DNA of 64,000 bases, from assembly GCA_024686335.1 (NCBI GenBank), contig JAILCI010000040.1, positions 6,585 through 70,584 on the forward strand. The letters are read 5' to 3'. The position numbers and the translations under genes are program-made. The DNA is from Bacteroidales bacterium (lineage in GTDB: Bacteria; Bacteroidota; Bacteroidia; Bacteroidales; WCHB1-69). The notes below the pieces were generated by a model. That model had not been told where the DNA came from and ran no database searches. It was given only the letters and a program-made list of their open reading frames with translations. Shown one piece after another: positions 18,292 through 27,739 of the stretch (its first letter is position 1; each line of letters starts with the position of its first letter).

Positions 18292-18819
18292 ATGATTCGC
18301 AAAGTCTATAAAAAAAATATTTGGAAAGCCTTCTTATTAGTAATGCTTGTAACAAGCTGTGTGATGGTGGTTTCGTGTAACAAAACTGGTTCACTTGGCA
18401 AAAAATCCGACACCGTGGTCACCCATCAATTCCCTAATACCAACTGGGCATTTGAAGAGCGGGTTTTAGACTTCGGATTTGACAATTTGGACTCTACTGC
18501 TAGTTACGAAATCAGTTTTGTCTTAAATTACGATAAGAAAAATGTGACTATGGATGAGGTCCCAATTGCTGTCACTTTGCAATCGCCAGACGGGATGGAG
18601 ACATTTGTCACTAACACTCTTCGTCTGAAAGAGGATAACCCTGAATTCATGAAAGAAGTCAATGGCATGACCGAGTTATCATTTGTAGCATTCCCTAAGA
18701 AGAACTTAAATCACAAAGGTAAATACCACATTAAAATCTATAGAAAAGCTAGTAATGCCGACAACTACGGATTCAACTCCTTAACACTCCATATTTCTAA
18801 AGTTAAAAACACACAATAA
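18292..18819 (+). CDS. Small lipoprotein, possibly GldH family
   Basis: The lipobox is LVTSCVMVVSC. The size and beta-rich pattern resemble GldH-type lipoproteins. The assignment is weak. Confidence 0.3.
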   Translation: MIRKVYKKNIWKAFLLVMLVTSCVMVVSCNKTGSLGKKSDTVVTHQFPNTNWAFEERVLDFGFDNLDSTASYEISFVLNYDKKNVTMDEVPIAVTLQSPDGMETFVTNTLRLKEDNPEFMKEVNGMTELSFVAFPKKNLNHKGKYHIKIYRKASNADNYGFNSLTLHISKVKNTQ

Positions 18820-18878
18820 ACAAAACGGGTTCTCCGTTAATATTATTTTAACAACAACAATCAAAACACCCATATACA

Positions 18879-19655
18879 ATGAAGCAATTAAAAAATAAAG
18901 TACTACTCGTCGATGAAAGCGAAAATCTATTGTATGTGATAAAGGACTACCTCGAACTCTCTGGTTATGTGGTGTATGATTTTATGGATGAAAAGTTGGC
19001 TGAGAAATCTCTCGGAAGCCAATCTTACAGTATCTGTATTATCGACATCATGTCCAAGGGGAAAGAGGATTTCTCATTGCTACAAGAGATTCGTAAGAAC
19101 AACGACCAACTGCCGGTAATCATTCTAACTGCCAACACTTCCAAAGAGGACAGAATCAAAGCGTTTAAATACGGTTGTGACGACTACATCACCAAGCCTT
19201 TCTCCATCGAAGAACTGGAGTTAAGGATGAGAGCTATTTTAAGAAGATGTTCTGTGAACCCTGAAAAGGTCGCTGCTCTTTACGAGGACAAAATCTATCA
19301 CATGGGCAACTTCGAGTTCAACTATTCCAGCATGCAACTTATACACCCTAAGTGCACGCGTACCTTAACCCGTAAAGAGGCACGTCTGCTGCAGCTGTTA
19401 TTGGAACACAAGAACAAACTCATTCCAAGAGAAATCATTCTCAAGGAGGTATGGGGCGACGAAGACCACTCCGTCAGCAGAAGTATGGACGTTTTCCTCA
19501 CAAAGTTACGTTCATATCTGCAGATAGATGACGAGGACTACGTTATGCCTAAGGAAAACGGCAAACGAAAAACCGTTTACAAAAAAGGATATGAGCCCCT
19601 GGTGGAAATCGTCAACTTCCATGGTGCCGGCTACATGCTGAAAGTCAAAGAATAA
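18879..19655 (+). CDS. OmpR-family response regulator (receiver plus winged helix) with an insertion in the DNA-binding domain
   Basis: The receiver has LLVDES, the acceptor Asp in CIIDIM, and DDYITKPF. The wHTH reads LTRKEARLLQLLL...VWG. About 20 extra residues lie between LTKLRSYLQ and GAGYML. No adjacent kinase. Confidence 0.8.
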   Translation: MKQLKNKVLLVDESENLLYVIKDYLELSGYVVYDFMDEKLAEKSLGSQSYSICIIDIMSKGKEDFSLLQEIRKNNDQLPVIILTANTSKEDRIKAFKYGCDDYITKPFSIEELELRMRAILRRCSVNPEKVAALYEDKIYHMGNFEFNYSSMQLIHPKCTRTLTRKEARLLQLLLEHKNKLIPREIILKEVWGDEDHSVSRSMDVFLTKLRSYLQIDDEDYVMPKENGKRKTVYKKGYEPLVEIVNFHGAGYMLKVKE

Positions 19656-19659
19656 CAAT

Positions 19660-20535
19660 ATGATGATAGACAAACTTTTTGACAATGTTGCTGCAAAGGG
19701 ACATGTCTGTATCGGCTTGGATACTGATTACAGCTATTTACCTGCAGCAATGGCTACCCGTTATCCGGACGTCACGGACGGTCTGTTTGAATTCAACAAA
19801 GCCATCATTGATGAAACCATCGACGTTGCAGCCTGCTACAAGGTCCAGATTGCCTATTACGAGTCTTTCGGTTTAAAAGGACTTATGGCGTATCAGCGCA
19901 CCTTGTCGTACCTGCGCAAACGCGGAGCGATCATCATTGCTGACATCAAACGAGGTGACATTGCCAAGACAGCCGAGATGTATGCCAAGGCTCACTTCAC
20001 GGGCGATTTTGAAGCAGATTTCATCACCCTCAGTCCTTATATGGGCCTAGACAGTCTATCTCCATACCTGCCTTACTTGAAAGATCAAGGTAAGGGCGTT
20101 TTCGTGCTAATCCGCACTTCCAATGAGGGTGCGAAGGACATTGAATACCTTCCTACGGGCAATGGTCGTCGCGTATATCATGAAGTTGGAGAGAAGCTCA
20201 ACACTATGGGCAAAGAGTTCCTGGGCAGCTGCGGTTACTCCAGCATCGGCGGTGTGATGGGTTGCACCCACGCCGACGAGGCCGCTGAGATCCGCTCCAT
20301 GCTGGACACCACCTTCTTCTTGATTCCGGGTTATGGCGCTCAGGGAGGCAAGGCAGAAGACATTGCCAAGTACCTTAACAAAGGCAATGGCGGAGTAGTC
20401 AACTCCTCCCGCGGCATCCTGCTAGCCTATCGCAAGCAAGAACACGGAGAAGATGATATCGCCGCTTGCGCCCGCGCTGAGGCCATACGCATGCGTGACG
20501 ACATCCTGAATGCCGTCCACCAATGCGCTCACTAA
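19660..20535 (+). CDS. pyrF: Orotidine 5'-phosphate decarboxylase, type 2
   Basis: It has the motifs GLDTDYSYLP and IIADIKRGDI. It lies next to pyrK and pyrD. Confidence 0.9.
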   Translation: MMIDKLFDNVAAKGHVCIGLDTDYSYLPAAMATRYPDVTDGLFEFNKAIIDETIDVAACYKVQIAYYESFGLKGLMAYQRTLSYLRKRGAIIIADIKRGDIAKTAEMYAKAHFTGDFEADFITLSPYMGLDSLSPYLPYLKDQGKGVFVLIRTSNEGAKDIEYLPTGNGRRVYHEVGEKLNTMGKEFLGSCGYSSIGGVMGCTHADEAAEIRSMLDTTFFLIPGYGAQGGKAEDIAKYLNKGNGGVVNSSRGILLAYRKQEHGEDDIAACARAEAIRMRDDILNAVHQCAH

Positions 20536-21302
20536 CACGTTACATCATCAAACAACATATTGTGAAGTATTTTGAATCTACCGTAGAATCTAACATCCAA
20601 ATAACGGATGACATATATGTAATGACTGTCCTGCGTCATGAGGCCAAAGCCTCGGCAGGACAGTTTTTTATGCTTAAATGCTGGGACAAGGAACTCACAT
20701 TGATGCGCCCCATCAGTGTCTATCAGGCTTCAGAGGAGCATCTGCTCTTCATGTATCGCCTCGTAGGTGAGGGAACCCGAAAACTAGCAGCACTAAAGAA
20801 TGGTGACTCAATCTCCCTTTTGGGTGCTCTAGGTAACGGTTATCCACTGGATCAGATCCATGGCCGCATTGCTGTCGTAGGCGGAGGCGTGGGCATTCCC
20901 CCACTCTCCCTGACCACTAAAATGCTTCAAGCTCAAGGGGAAACCGTGGATGCCTATCTTGGCTACCGCGACGAAATCTTCGCCGTTGAAGCCTTTGAAC
21001 CCTACTGCCGCGACATCTTCATCTCCTCAGAGAAGGGACCTGAAGGGTATCGTGGATTCATCACCGACTTGCTGAAAGCTGAGCAGTACGATGCTGTGCT
21101 GACCTGTGGTCCTGAAGTGATGATGCGCAAAGTGGCTCAAATTTGCTCCGAGAAGAATGTCACCTGCTGGTGCTCTATGGAGCATCGCATGGCCTGTGGC
21201 ATTGGCGCGTGTCTGGGCTGTAGCATCCCAACCACCGAAGGCATGCGCAGAGTCTGTAAAGATGGTCCTGTATTCCTAGCTTCTCATCTCTTTCAAAAAT
21301 AG
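20523..21302 (+). CDS. pyrK: Dihydroorotate dehydrogenase electron-transfer subunit
   Basis: It has an FAD/NAD-binding fold and the C-terminal 2Fe-2S motif CGIGACLGC...C. It overlaps the pyrF stop. Confidence 0.85.
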   Translation: MRSLTRYIIKQHIVKYFESTVESNIQITDDIYVMTVLRHEAKASAGQFFMLKCWDKELTLMRPISVYQASEEHLLFMYRLVGEGTRKLAALKNGDSISLLGALGNGYPLDQIHGRIAVVGGGVGIPPLSLTTKMLQAQGETVDAYLGYRDEIFAVEAFEPYCRDIFISSEKGPEGYRGFITDLLKAEQYDAVLTCGPEVMMRKVAQICSEKNVTCWCSMEHRMACGIGACLGCSIPTTEGMRRVCKDGPVFLASHLFQK

Positions 21303-21307
21303 CAATT

Positions 21308-22210
21308 ATGACAAACCTACATACAACCATCCACGACATTGACTTCAAGAACCCGATTATCGCCGCCTCCGGCACTTTCGGATTCGGTGAGGAATATAAC
21401 GAGCTATTCGATGTCAGCTGTCTGGGCGGAATCAGTTCCAAAGGTCTGACATTAAGGCCTAAAGACGGTAACATGGGCATCCGCGTCTATGAGACACCTT
21501 CCGGCATGATGAACAGCGTCGGCTTGCAGAATCCGGGCGTAGACGCTTTCATAGAGCATTATATACCCGTAATGCGACAATGGGACACAGTCTTGATCGC
21601 CAACATGGGCGGACACAGCATGGATGACTATCTGGAAGGCGCCTCAAAGCTGTCCGCTGCCGACATTGACATTCTTGAACTTAACATCTCTTGTCCAAAC
21701 GTAAAGAGCGGAGGCATGGCATTTGGCATCAAAGCTGAAGTTGCCGCAGAGGTTGTCAAGGCAGTTCGCAAGGTCTGCACAAAACCTCTGATGGTCAAGC
21801 TCTCGCCCAACGCAGAAAACATCGTAGAGATGGCCCAGGCATGCGAAGCTGCCGGTGCCGACTCCCTGTCACTCGTCAACACTTTCCAGGCGATGGCCAT
21901 AGACGTCCATCGTCGCAAGGCAATCTTTGAGAATGTATATGCCGGACTTTCAGGCGCTGCCATCCGGCCGATTGCGCTGAGAATGGTACATTCCGTTGCC
22001 AAGAAGGTACACATCCCTGTCATAGGACTCGGAGGCATCACCACCGCGGAAGACGTGCTAGCCTTCATGATGGCAGGTGCCACCGCCGTCCAAATCGGCA
22101 CCGTCAACTTCACAACCCCCGATGCCGGACGACAAATCGTAAACGACCTCGCAAGAGTATGTGAACAAGAACACATCGACAATATACAAGATATAGTTGG
22201 AATCTTGTAA
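21308..22210 (+). CDS. pyrD: Dihydroorotate dehydrogenase 1B catalytic subunit
   Basis: The motifs are ASGTFGFG, NISCPNVK and GLGGI. Confidence 0.9.
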   Translation: MTNLHTTIHDIDFKNPIIAASGTFGFGEEYNELFDVSCLGGISSKGLTLRPKDGNMGIRVYETPSGMMNSVGLQNPGVDAFIEHYIPVMRQWDTVLIANMGGHSMDDYLEGASKLSAADIDILELNISCPNVKSGGMAFGIKAEVAAEVVKAVRKVCTKPLMVKLSPNAENIVEMAQACEAAGADSLSLVNTFQAMAIDVHRRKAIFENVYAGLSGAAIRPIALRMVHSVAKKVHIPVIGLGGITTAEDVLAFMMAGATAVQIGTVNFTTPDAGRQIVNDLARVCEQEHIDNIQDIVGIL

Positions 22211-22244
22211 CATCAACTTTATTATTGACTAAATATTTCTGATT

Positions 22245-22727
22245 ATGAAGACGATAGAACTGACCTCAAAAGTGATTGAATACCAACGTGAAGAGTTGCC
22301 AGAAGATTTGGCAGATCTGTTAGCTCAGGCTCAGGTAGCCGCTAAAAAAGCATACTCACCCTACTCTCGTTTCCAAGTGGGCGCAGCCATTCTCCTGAAC
22401 AATGGAGTAGTCGTCACTGGCAGCAATCAGGAAAATGCTGTCTATCCATGCGGATTGTGTGCTGAACGCACGACAGCCTTCTCCGCATCTGCACAATATC
22501 CGGAGGTTCCTTTCTCCAAAATCGCCATCACGGCCATCAACCCAGACGAACCACTTAGTATTCCGGTATCGCCCTGTGGTAGCTGTCGACAAGTTCTCTT
22601 TGAATATGAACAGAAATTCAACCAGCCGATAGAAGTTATCCTCTCAGGCCAGACTGGTCCCATTTATGTCTTTCATTGCGTAGGAGATCTACTGCCCTAC
22701 ACATTTCACGCGGGCTTCTTGCCGTAA
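22245..22727 (+). CDS. cdd: Cytidine deaminase
   Basis: The zinc-binding motifs are CAER and PCGSCRQ. Confidence 0.85.
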   Translation: MKTIELTSKVIEYQREELPEDLADLLAQAQVAAKKAYSPYSRFQVGAAILLNNGVVVTGSNQENAVYPCGLCAERTTAFSASAQYPEVPFSKIAITAINPDEPLSIPVSPCGSCRQVLFEYEQKFNQPIEVILSGQTGPIYVFHCVGDLLPYTFHAGFLP

Positions 22728-22728
22728 C

Positions 22729-24465
22729 CTAAGATTTCTTCAACTGATCCTTGGCATTCAGGTTCTTCATGAAACCAGATTCAATGAAGGAGAACCTGCG
22801 CAGAGTGTTTTGGGAAAATACCATGAAAACAATCACCAAAATGGTAATCAAGATGATCACCCACTTGGTATAACTGAAGAACTTCACCAAGACTGAAAAG
22901 ACAAAATATCCTGCAATAATAAATCGGAAGATGGTCCAAACCGTGATGACAATCACATTACCTTTATTTTCTTGAACCAATTCGGCATATAGTTCACGTG
23001 TTTTATGACTGTTGTAGACAATTCCATACAGAAATGGTGTAATCAACAGTAAGACACCCGCAGCAAAGAGCATATTAAACAACCAATGAGGCATCTTTTG
23101 CAGGACACCAATCTCATTTACCCAAGGCACAAGATAATTGAATATCAAAAACAAAAGGGCAAAACTGATCACAGAGAATATTAAAACTCGAGATAAAGTA
23201 CTAGTGATAATACTCTTCCAGTCTTTTTTACCATCTGAACTACCCATAAGGGAATATTCGTCAAGACGTGCCTTTACAGTCGGATTCATCTTTCGATCCA
23301 TAAACTCATATACAGGTTTTCCTGCTCGAATCCAATAAGGTGTAGTGAAGGTCGTAATAACCGAAGAGGCGATGATGACTGGATAAATATAGGAAGGCAT
23401 AACTCCTTGAGCCACACCGACTGATGCGATAATGAAGGCAAATTCACCAACTTGTGATAAAGTGAAACCTGTCCTGACAGAATCCTCAAGGTTAGCGCCC
23501 GCTATCACTGCAGAGAACGTAGATACTAGGGCCTTGATAATCAGTGTGATGAGAACTAATGAGAGAACCAACTTCCAGTATTGTTGCAAAACCGCAGGAT
23601 CTATCATCATACCGACAGAAACGAAGAAGATGGCACTGAACAGGTCCTTGATGCTCTTTGTCAGTTCCTCTATCCGATGGCTTTCGACAGTTTCTGAAAG
23701 AATTGAGCCAATGACAAATGCGCCAAGAGCGGAGGAAAAACCTACTTTGTTGGCAATCACCACCATACCAAAGCATAGACCTATAGAAATGATAAGCAGG
23801 TTCTCATCATTGATATATTTCTTAGCAGTTCTAAAAAATGTAGGGATGAGATAGATGCCGACCACAAACCAGAGAATCAGGAAGAAGACAAGCTTCACAA
23901 TACTCATCACCATCTCCTTACCTGGCAAGGAATTCTTACTAGCTGCAACAGTGGACATCAAGACCATCATCACCACGGCAACTATGTCTTGGATAATCAA
24001 AACCACCATGGTCAAATCGACAAATGACTCATTTTTGTAGTTCATATCATCAAAAGCCTTGATAATGATAGCCGTAGAAGACATGGAGAGCATACCTCCC
24101 AGGAAGATACTCTGCATAATGTCCCAATGCATTATCAAACCTAGCAAGACGCCCACACCCATCATTCCGAGGATGCCGACAATAGCAGTTACAAAGGCTT
24201 TACTACCTACTGAGAATAGTTTTTTAAAACTGAATTCCAGCCCCAAACCAAACATCATAAAGATGATACCGATTTCAGACCAGACCTCCACATCGGCCAC
24301 ATCAGTAACAGTCGGAAATATGTGCAGATGAGGTCCTACCAAGAAACCAGCCACAAGGTAACCGAGCACCAAGGGTTGCTTCAAAAGTTTGAAAATAATA
24401 GTAACAACGCCAGCTGATATAAGGATCAGGGCAAGGTCGGATACGAGTCGAAGGTTCTCAGACAT
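22729..24465 (-). CDS. Cation:proton antiporter (CPA2/Kef-type) with an extra C-terminal membrane domain
   Basis: The N-terminus is LALILISAGVVTIIFKLLKQPLVLGYLVAGFLVGPH. The 578-aa protein has many TM helices throughout. Confidence 0.8.
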   Translation of the reverse strand: MSENLRLVSDLALILISAGVVTIIFKLLKQPLVLGYLVAGFLVGPHLHIFPTVTDVADVEVWSEIGIIFMMFGLGLEFSFKKLFSVGSKAFVTAIVGILGMMGVGVLLGLIMHWDIMQSIFLGGMLSMSSTAIIIKAFDDMNYKNESFVDLTMVVLIIQDIVAVVMMVLMSTVAASKNSLPGKEMVMSIVKLVFFLILWFVVGIYLIPTFFRTAKKYINDENLLIISIGLCFGMVVIANKVGFSSALGAFVIGSILSETVESHRIEELTKSIKDLFSAIFFVSVGMMIDPAVLQQYWKLVLSLVLITLIIKALVSTFSAVIAGANLEDSVRTGFTLSQVGEFAFIIASVGVAQGVMPSYIYPVIIASSVITTFTTPYWIRAGKPVYEFMDRKMNPTVKARLDEYSLMGSSDGKKDWKSIITSTLSRVLIFSVISFALLFLIFNYLVPWVNEIGVLQKMPHWLFNMLFAAGVLLLITPFLYGIVYNSHKTRELYAELVQENKGNVIVITVWTIFRFIIAGYFVFSVLVKFFSYTKWVIILITILVIVFMVFSQNTLRRFSFIESGFMKNLNAKDQLKKS

Positions 24466-24489
24466 ATTTTTTCTATGAGTTTAAATAAA

Positions 24490-24540
24490 TTATAAGCAAT
24501 TTAACTTATAAAGTGTATTTATAAGCAATTTAACTTATAA
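24490..24540. repeat. Two perfect copies of the 22-bp palindromic unit TTATAAGCAATTTAACTTATAA, 29 nt apart
   Basis: Each copy is itself TTATAAG-8 nt-CTTATAA. The pair lies between the galE stop (24547) and the antiporter start (24465). Confidence 0.8.
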
Positions 24541-24546
24541 ATTCAT

Positions 24547-25581
24547 TTATTTCTTTTCCGAATCGAGATACTGTTCCCATTTCCAGGCACTCTCCATCAT
24601 GTCATGGACATCATATTTGCAATGCCAGTTGAGAAGAGTATTGGCGCGTGAACTATCGCCATAGATAGCAGGGATATCGCCTGCTCGACGACCAGCAACT
24701 GTGTAGTTCAGTTTATGTCCTGTCACCTCCTCAGCTGCAGTGAGCATCTCAAAGACTGAGACGCCATTTCCGCTTCCGAGATTGAAGACTTCGCACTGTT
24801 CGGCGTTGCGATGCTCTAGAAGATAGTCCAGGGCTTTAACATGGGCATCTGCGATATCAGAAACATGAAGATAGTCACGGATACAGGAGCCGTCACGAGT
24901 GTCATAGTCATCACCAAACACTTGCATTGAAGGCTGTTTTCCCGACGCTACGCGCATAACTATAGGCACAAGGTTGTTGGGTTTGTCGGGAGACAATTCG
25001 CCGTTCAGACCGGACATATGCGCACCTACAGGGTTGAAATAGCGAAGGATAAGAGCACTCATGGCAGGATTAGGTACCACCATATTGCGTATCATCTCCT
25101 CCCCTATCTGTTTGGTATGAGCATACGGACAGAAAGCTTGTCCCATAGGAGTTTCTTCACTAACAGGCAACTTTTCAACTTCTCCATATACAGAACATGA
25201 TGATGAGAAGATAAGTCCTTTCACAGCATATTTCTGGCAAGCTTCCAGCACATTTGCCAAAGCTCCGAGGTTATTACGGTAATACATCAACGGTTGCTCA
25301 ACCGACTCACCAACAGCCTTATAGGCCGCAAAATGGACAATCCCCTGAATATCCGCATTCTCTTCAAATATCTTAAAGAAAGAGGGTGCATCACAAATAT
25401 CAACCTTATAATTTTTAACCCTAACGCCAGTAATTTGCTCAACACGGTTCATAGTCTGAGGTGTACTTCTGACATTACTATCTACAGAAATAACTTCATA
25501 ACGGCCGCTCTGTACAAGTTCAATGATGGTATGTGAGCCTATATAGCCACAACCACCGGTAACCATGATTTTCTTCTTCAT
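24547..25581 (-). CDS. galE: UDP-glucose 4-epimerase
   Basis: It has the GGCGYIGSH Rossmann motif and the catalytic YAHTK (YxxxK). Confidence 0.9.
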   Translation of the reverse strand: MKKKIMVTGGCGYIGSHTIIELVQSGRYEVISVDSNVRSTPQTMNRVEQITGVRVKNYKVDICDAPSFFKIFEENADIQGIVHFAAYKAVGESVEQPLMYYRNNLGALANVLEACQKYAVKGLIFSSSCSVYGEVEKLPVSEETPMGQAFCPYAHTKQIGEEMIRNMVVPNPAMSALILRYFNPVGAHMSGLNGELSPDKPNNLVPIVMRVASGKQPSMQVFGDDYDTRDGSCIRDYLHVSDIADAHVKALDYLLEHRNAEQCEVFNLGSGNGVSVFEMLTAAEEVTGHKLNYTVAGRRAGDIPAIYGDSSRANTLLNWHCKYDVHDMMESAWKWEQYLDSEKK

Positions 25582-25599
25582 ACAATAATCAACGTAATA

Positions 25600-26406
25600 T
25601 TAATAATGGATTGTGATTTCACCAATGCATTTGCCACGATTAGCCATTTGACAAATACGAGTTTTCCCGATAATAACAGGCGTCTCGAGTTCCGTATGGG
25701 AATGGCCACCGATAATGATATCTATTTCCGGCACAGCCTTGGCAAGGTCTTTATCCGTGACCTGACCATCGTTAAGACCTAAATGGGATAGACAAATGAT
25801 CATATCGCAATCTTTAGATTGAAGTTTAGTGACAACTCTCTTTGCTTCCGGAATAGGATCGATATAAGTTACCTCTTGGGCAATTTCTGGAGCCACCAGG
25901 GAATTCAGGTTGACGCCAAGACCAAAAATGCCAATTTTCAAACCATCTTTCTGAATGATGGTATACTCCTTCATTGCTCGCTTAAGAGCCTTATTATGAA
26001 ATTGATAATTGCAGCAGAGAACTGGGAACTTAGCCTTGCGGATACGTTTTGCCAACTCTGCAGAGCCATTGTCAAACTCATGGTTCCCGAGAGTGGCTGC
26101 ATCATATCCAAGTTGATTCATCAAAGTGACCTCCATATATCCTTTAAAAAAGTTGAAATAGGGCGTACCTTGGGAGAAGTCTCCGGCATCGAGAAGCAGA
26201 ACCTGGGGATGATGCTGGCGCACCTCGTTAACATAGGCTTCACGGCGAAGGATGCCACCCACATTAGTATCAGCCTTATAGGTGAAGGGTTCGATCTGGC
26301 TATGGGTATCATTGGTGTGAAGGATCACCAGTTCCCGATTTTGGGCATTAAGCGTAAAAAAAACGCCACAAAAAAGCAGTAACAGACTATACGTTATGTA
26401 TCTCAT
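25600..26406 (-). CDS. Exported metallophosphoesterase, 5'-nucleotidase (UshA N-terminal domain) family
   Basis: It has a signal peptide and the motifs HTNDTHS, GDFSQG, GNHEFD and GGHSH. Confidence 0.8.
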   Translation of the reverse strand: MRYITYSLLLLFCGVFFTLNAQNRELVILHTNDTHSQIEPFTYKADTNVGGILRREAYVNEVRQHHPQVLLLDAGDFSQGTPYFNFFKGYMEVTLMNQLGYDAATLGNHEFDNGSAELAKRIRKAKFPVLCCNYQFHNKALKRAMKEYTIIQKDGLKIGIFGLGVNLNSLVAPEIAQEVTYIDPIPEAKRVVTKLQSKDCDMIICLSHLGLNDGQVTDKDLAKAVPEIDIIIGGHSHTELETPVIIGKTRICQMANRGKCIGEITIHY

Positions 26407-26533
26407 AATCTCACTTTAAAGTCTGCAAAAATACACAAAAAAACGGATAGAGAAGGTAAGAAACGGGCACAAAAAAAAGCAGAGCTTGGACTCTGCTTTT
26501 CTCGTCAAAAAATTATTACTATATGGGGTGGGG

Positions 26534-27607
26534 TTATGCGTAGAGTTCCTCGAAGATCTTGCGCAGCTCAGGGCTTTCGCGCAGTTCTTGCAGAGTGAAT
26601 TCAGCATGTCCCTTCGTATAGCCGTTACCCATGATCATGTTCACATCGCTACCGATGCCCTCAGCACCGAGGCTAGCCTTTGTGAAGCTTGTGGCCATGG
26701 AGAAGAAATAAACGACGCCGTCGTCCTTTGTGCAGAGCACAGCGGTCATTTCCTGGTCAGGAACGTTGACACAGTTAATAGTAACGTCGGCCATCTTGCC
26801 GTTTGTAAGTTTTTCAACAAGTTCGTAAACTTGTACAGGTGTCATACCTGCAGCAGACTCAACGACATCGCAGAAACCGAGATCTTTGATACGTTGTGTG
26901 CTCTTCGGGCTATTGGCAATACCGATTACCTTACCGGTAACACCAACACGTTTCTTTGCCTCATAGCAGCAAAGCATACCGCTCTTACCACCTGCACCGA
27001 GGATTACAACGGTCTGGCCGTATTGACACAATTTAGCGGTTTGGGCAGGAGCACCAGCGACATCGAGTGCACTCAAAGCGAGTTTCTCAGGCATGTCGGT
27101 AGGGATCTTTGCATAGATACCGCTCTCGAAAAGAATAGCCTTACCTTTGATGTCGACTTGGTCAACCTCAGGACGAATATCTAAAATCTCATCGATACGC
27201 AAAGGAGTCAATGAAAGACTTACCAGCGTTGCGATACGGTCACCTTCTTTGAGGTCAATTTTGCCCTTCAAAGCGTCACCAATTTTCTCAACGCGGCCAA
27301 GGAGCATACCACCAGAACCAGTACGACGATTACGATGTTTGCCTTGAAGCTCAACATTCAAAAACATCTCTTTCTTCACTTCTTCCATGATGGCTTCATT
27401 GCTTGCGCCCTCACCAGCTTGTTGTTTGGCATAATTATGGATGTCTGTAAAAGATGCAGAGTCAATGTTCAAAGTCTGTACGTCGATCAAGATCTCGTTG
27501 TCGTAGATCTCATCCATATTGTTGTCAATCTTGTTAGCAGGCTGAGGAAGTACGCCTTTTGGTTCAATGACACGATGGGTGCCGTATTTATTGCCTTTCT
27601 TTTGCAT
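26534..27607 (-). CDS. L-erythro-3,5-diaminohexanoate dehydrogenase-like protein (Kdd family)
   Basis: From memory, it resembles Kdd proteins along the whole length. Matching segments are KYGTHRVIEPKGVLPQPA, LNIDSASF, TGSGGML, ATLVSLSLTPLRIDEI and LDVAGAPAQ. Confidence 0.6.
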   Translation of the reverse strand: MQKKGNKYGTHRVIEPKGVLPQPANKIDNNMDEIYDNEILIDVQTLNIDSASFTDIHNYAKQQAGEGASNEAIMEEVKKEMFLNVELQGKHRNRRTGSGGMLLGRVEKIGDALKGKIDLKEGDRIATLVSLSLTPLRIDEILDIRPEVDQVDIKGKAILFESGIYAKIPTDMPEKLALSALDVAGAPAQTAKLCQYGQTVVILGAGGKSGMLCCYEAKKRVGVTGKVIGIANSPKSTQRIKDLGFCDVVESAAGMTPVQVYELVEKLTNGKMADVTINCVNVPDQEMTAVLCTKDDGVVYFFSMATSFTKASLGAEGIGSDVNMIMGNGYTKGHAEFTLQELRESPELRKIFEELYA

Positions 27608-27739
27608 ATTGTTTTGATTTATAATTTGTTAAAACGAATCTTTAGCTTAAAACAAGCAAGTGCAAAAATAGTGATTTTTTGGGAATATTTAATCATTTGA
27701 TGAAAAATAATCCACAACCAATTGTTTATTCAACATATC

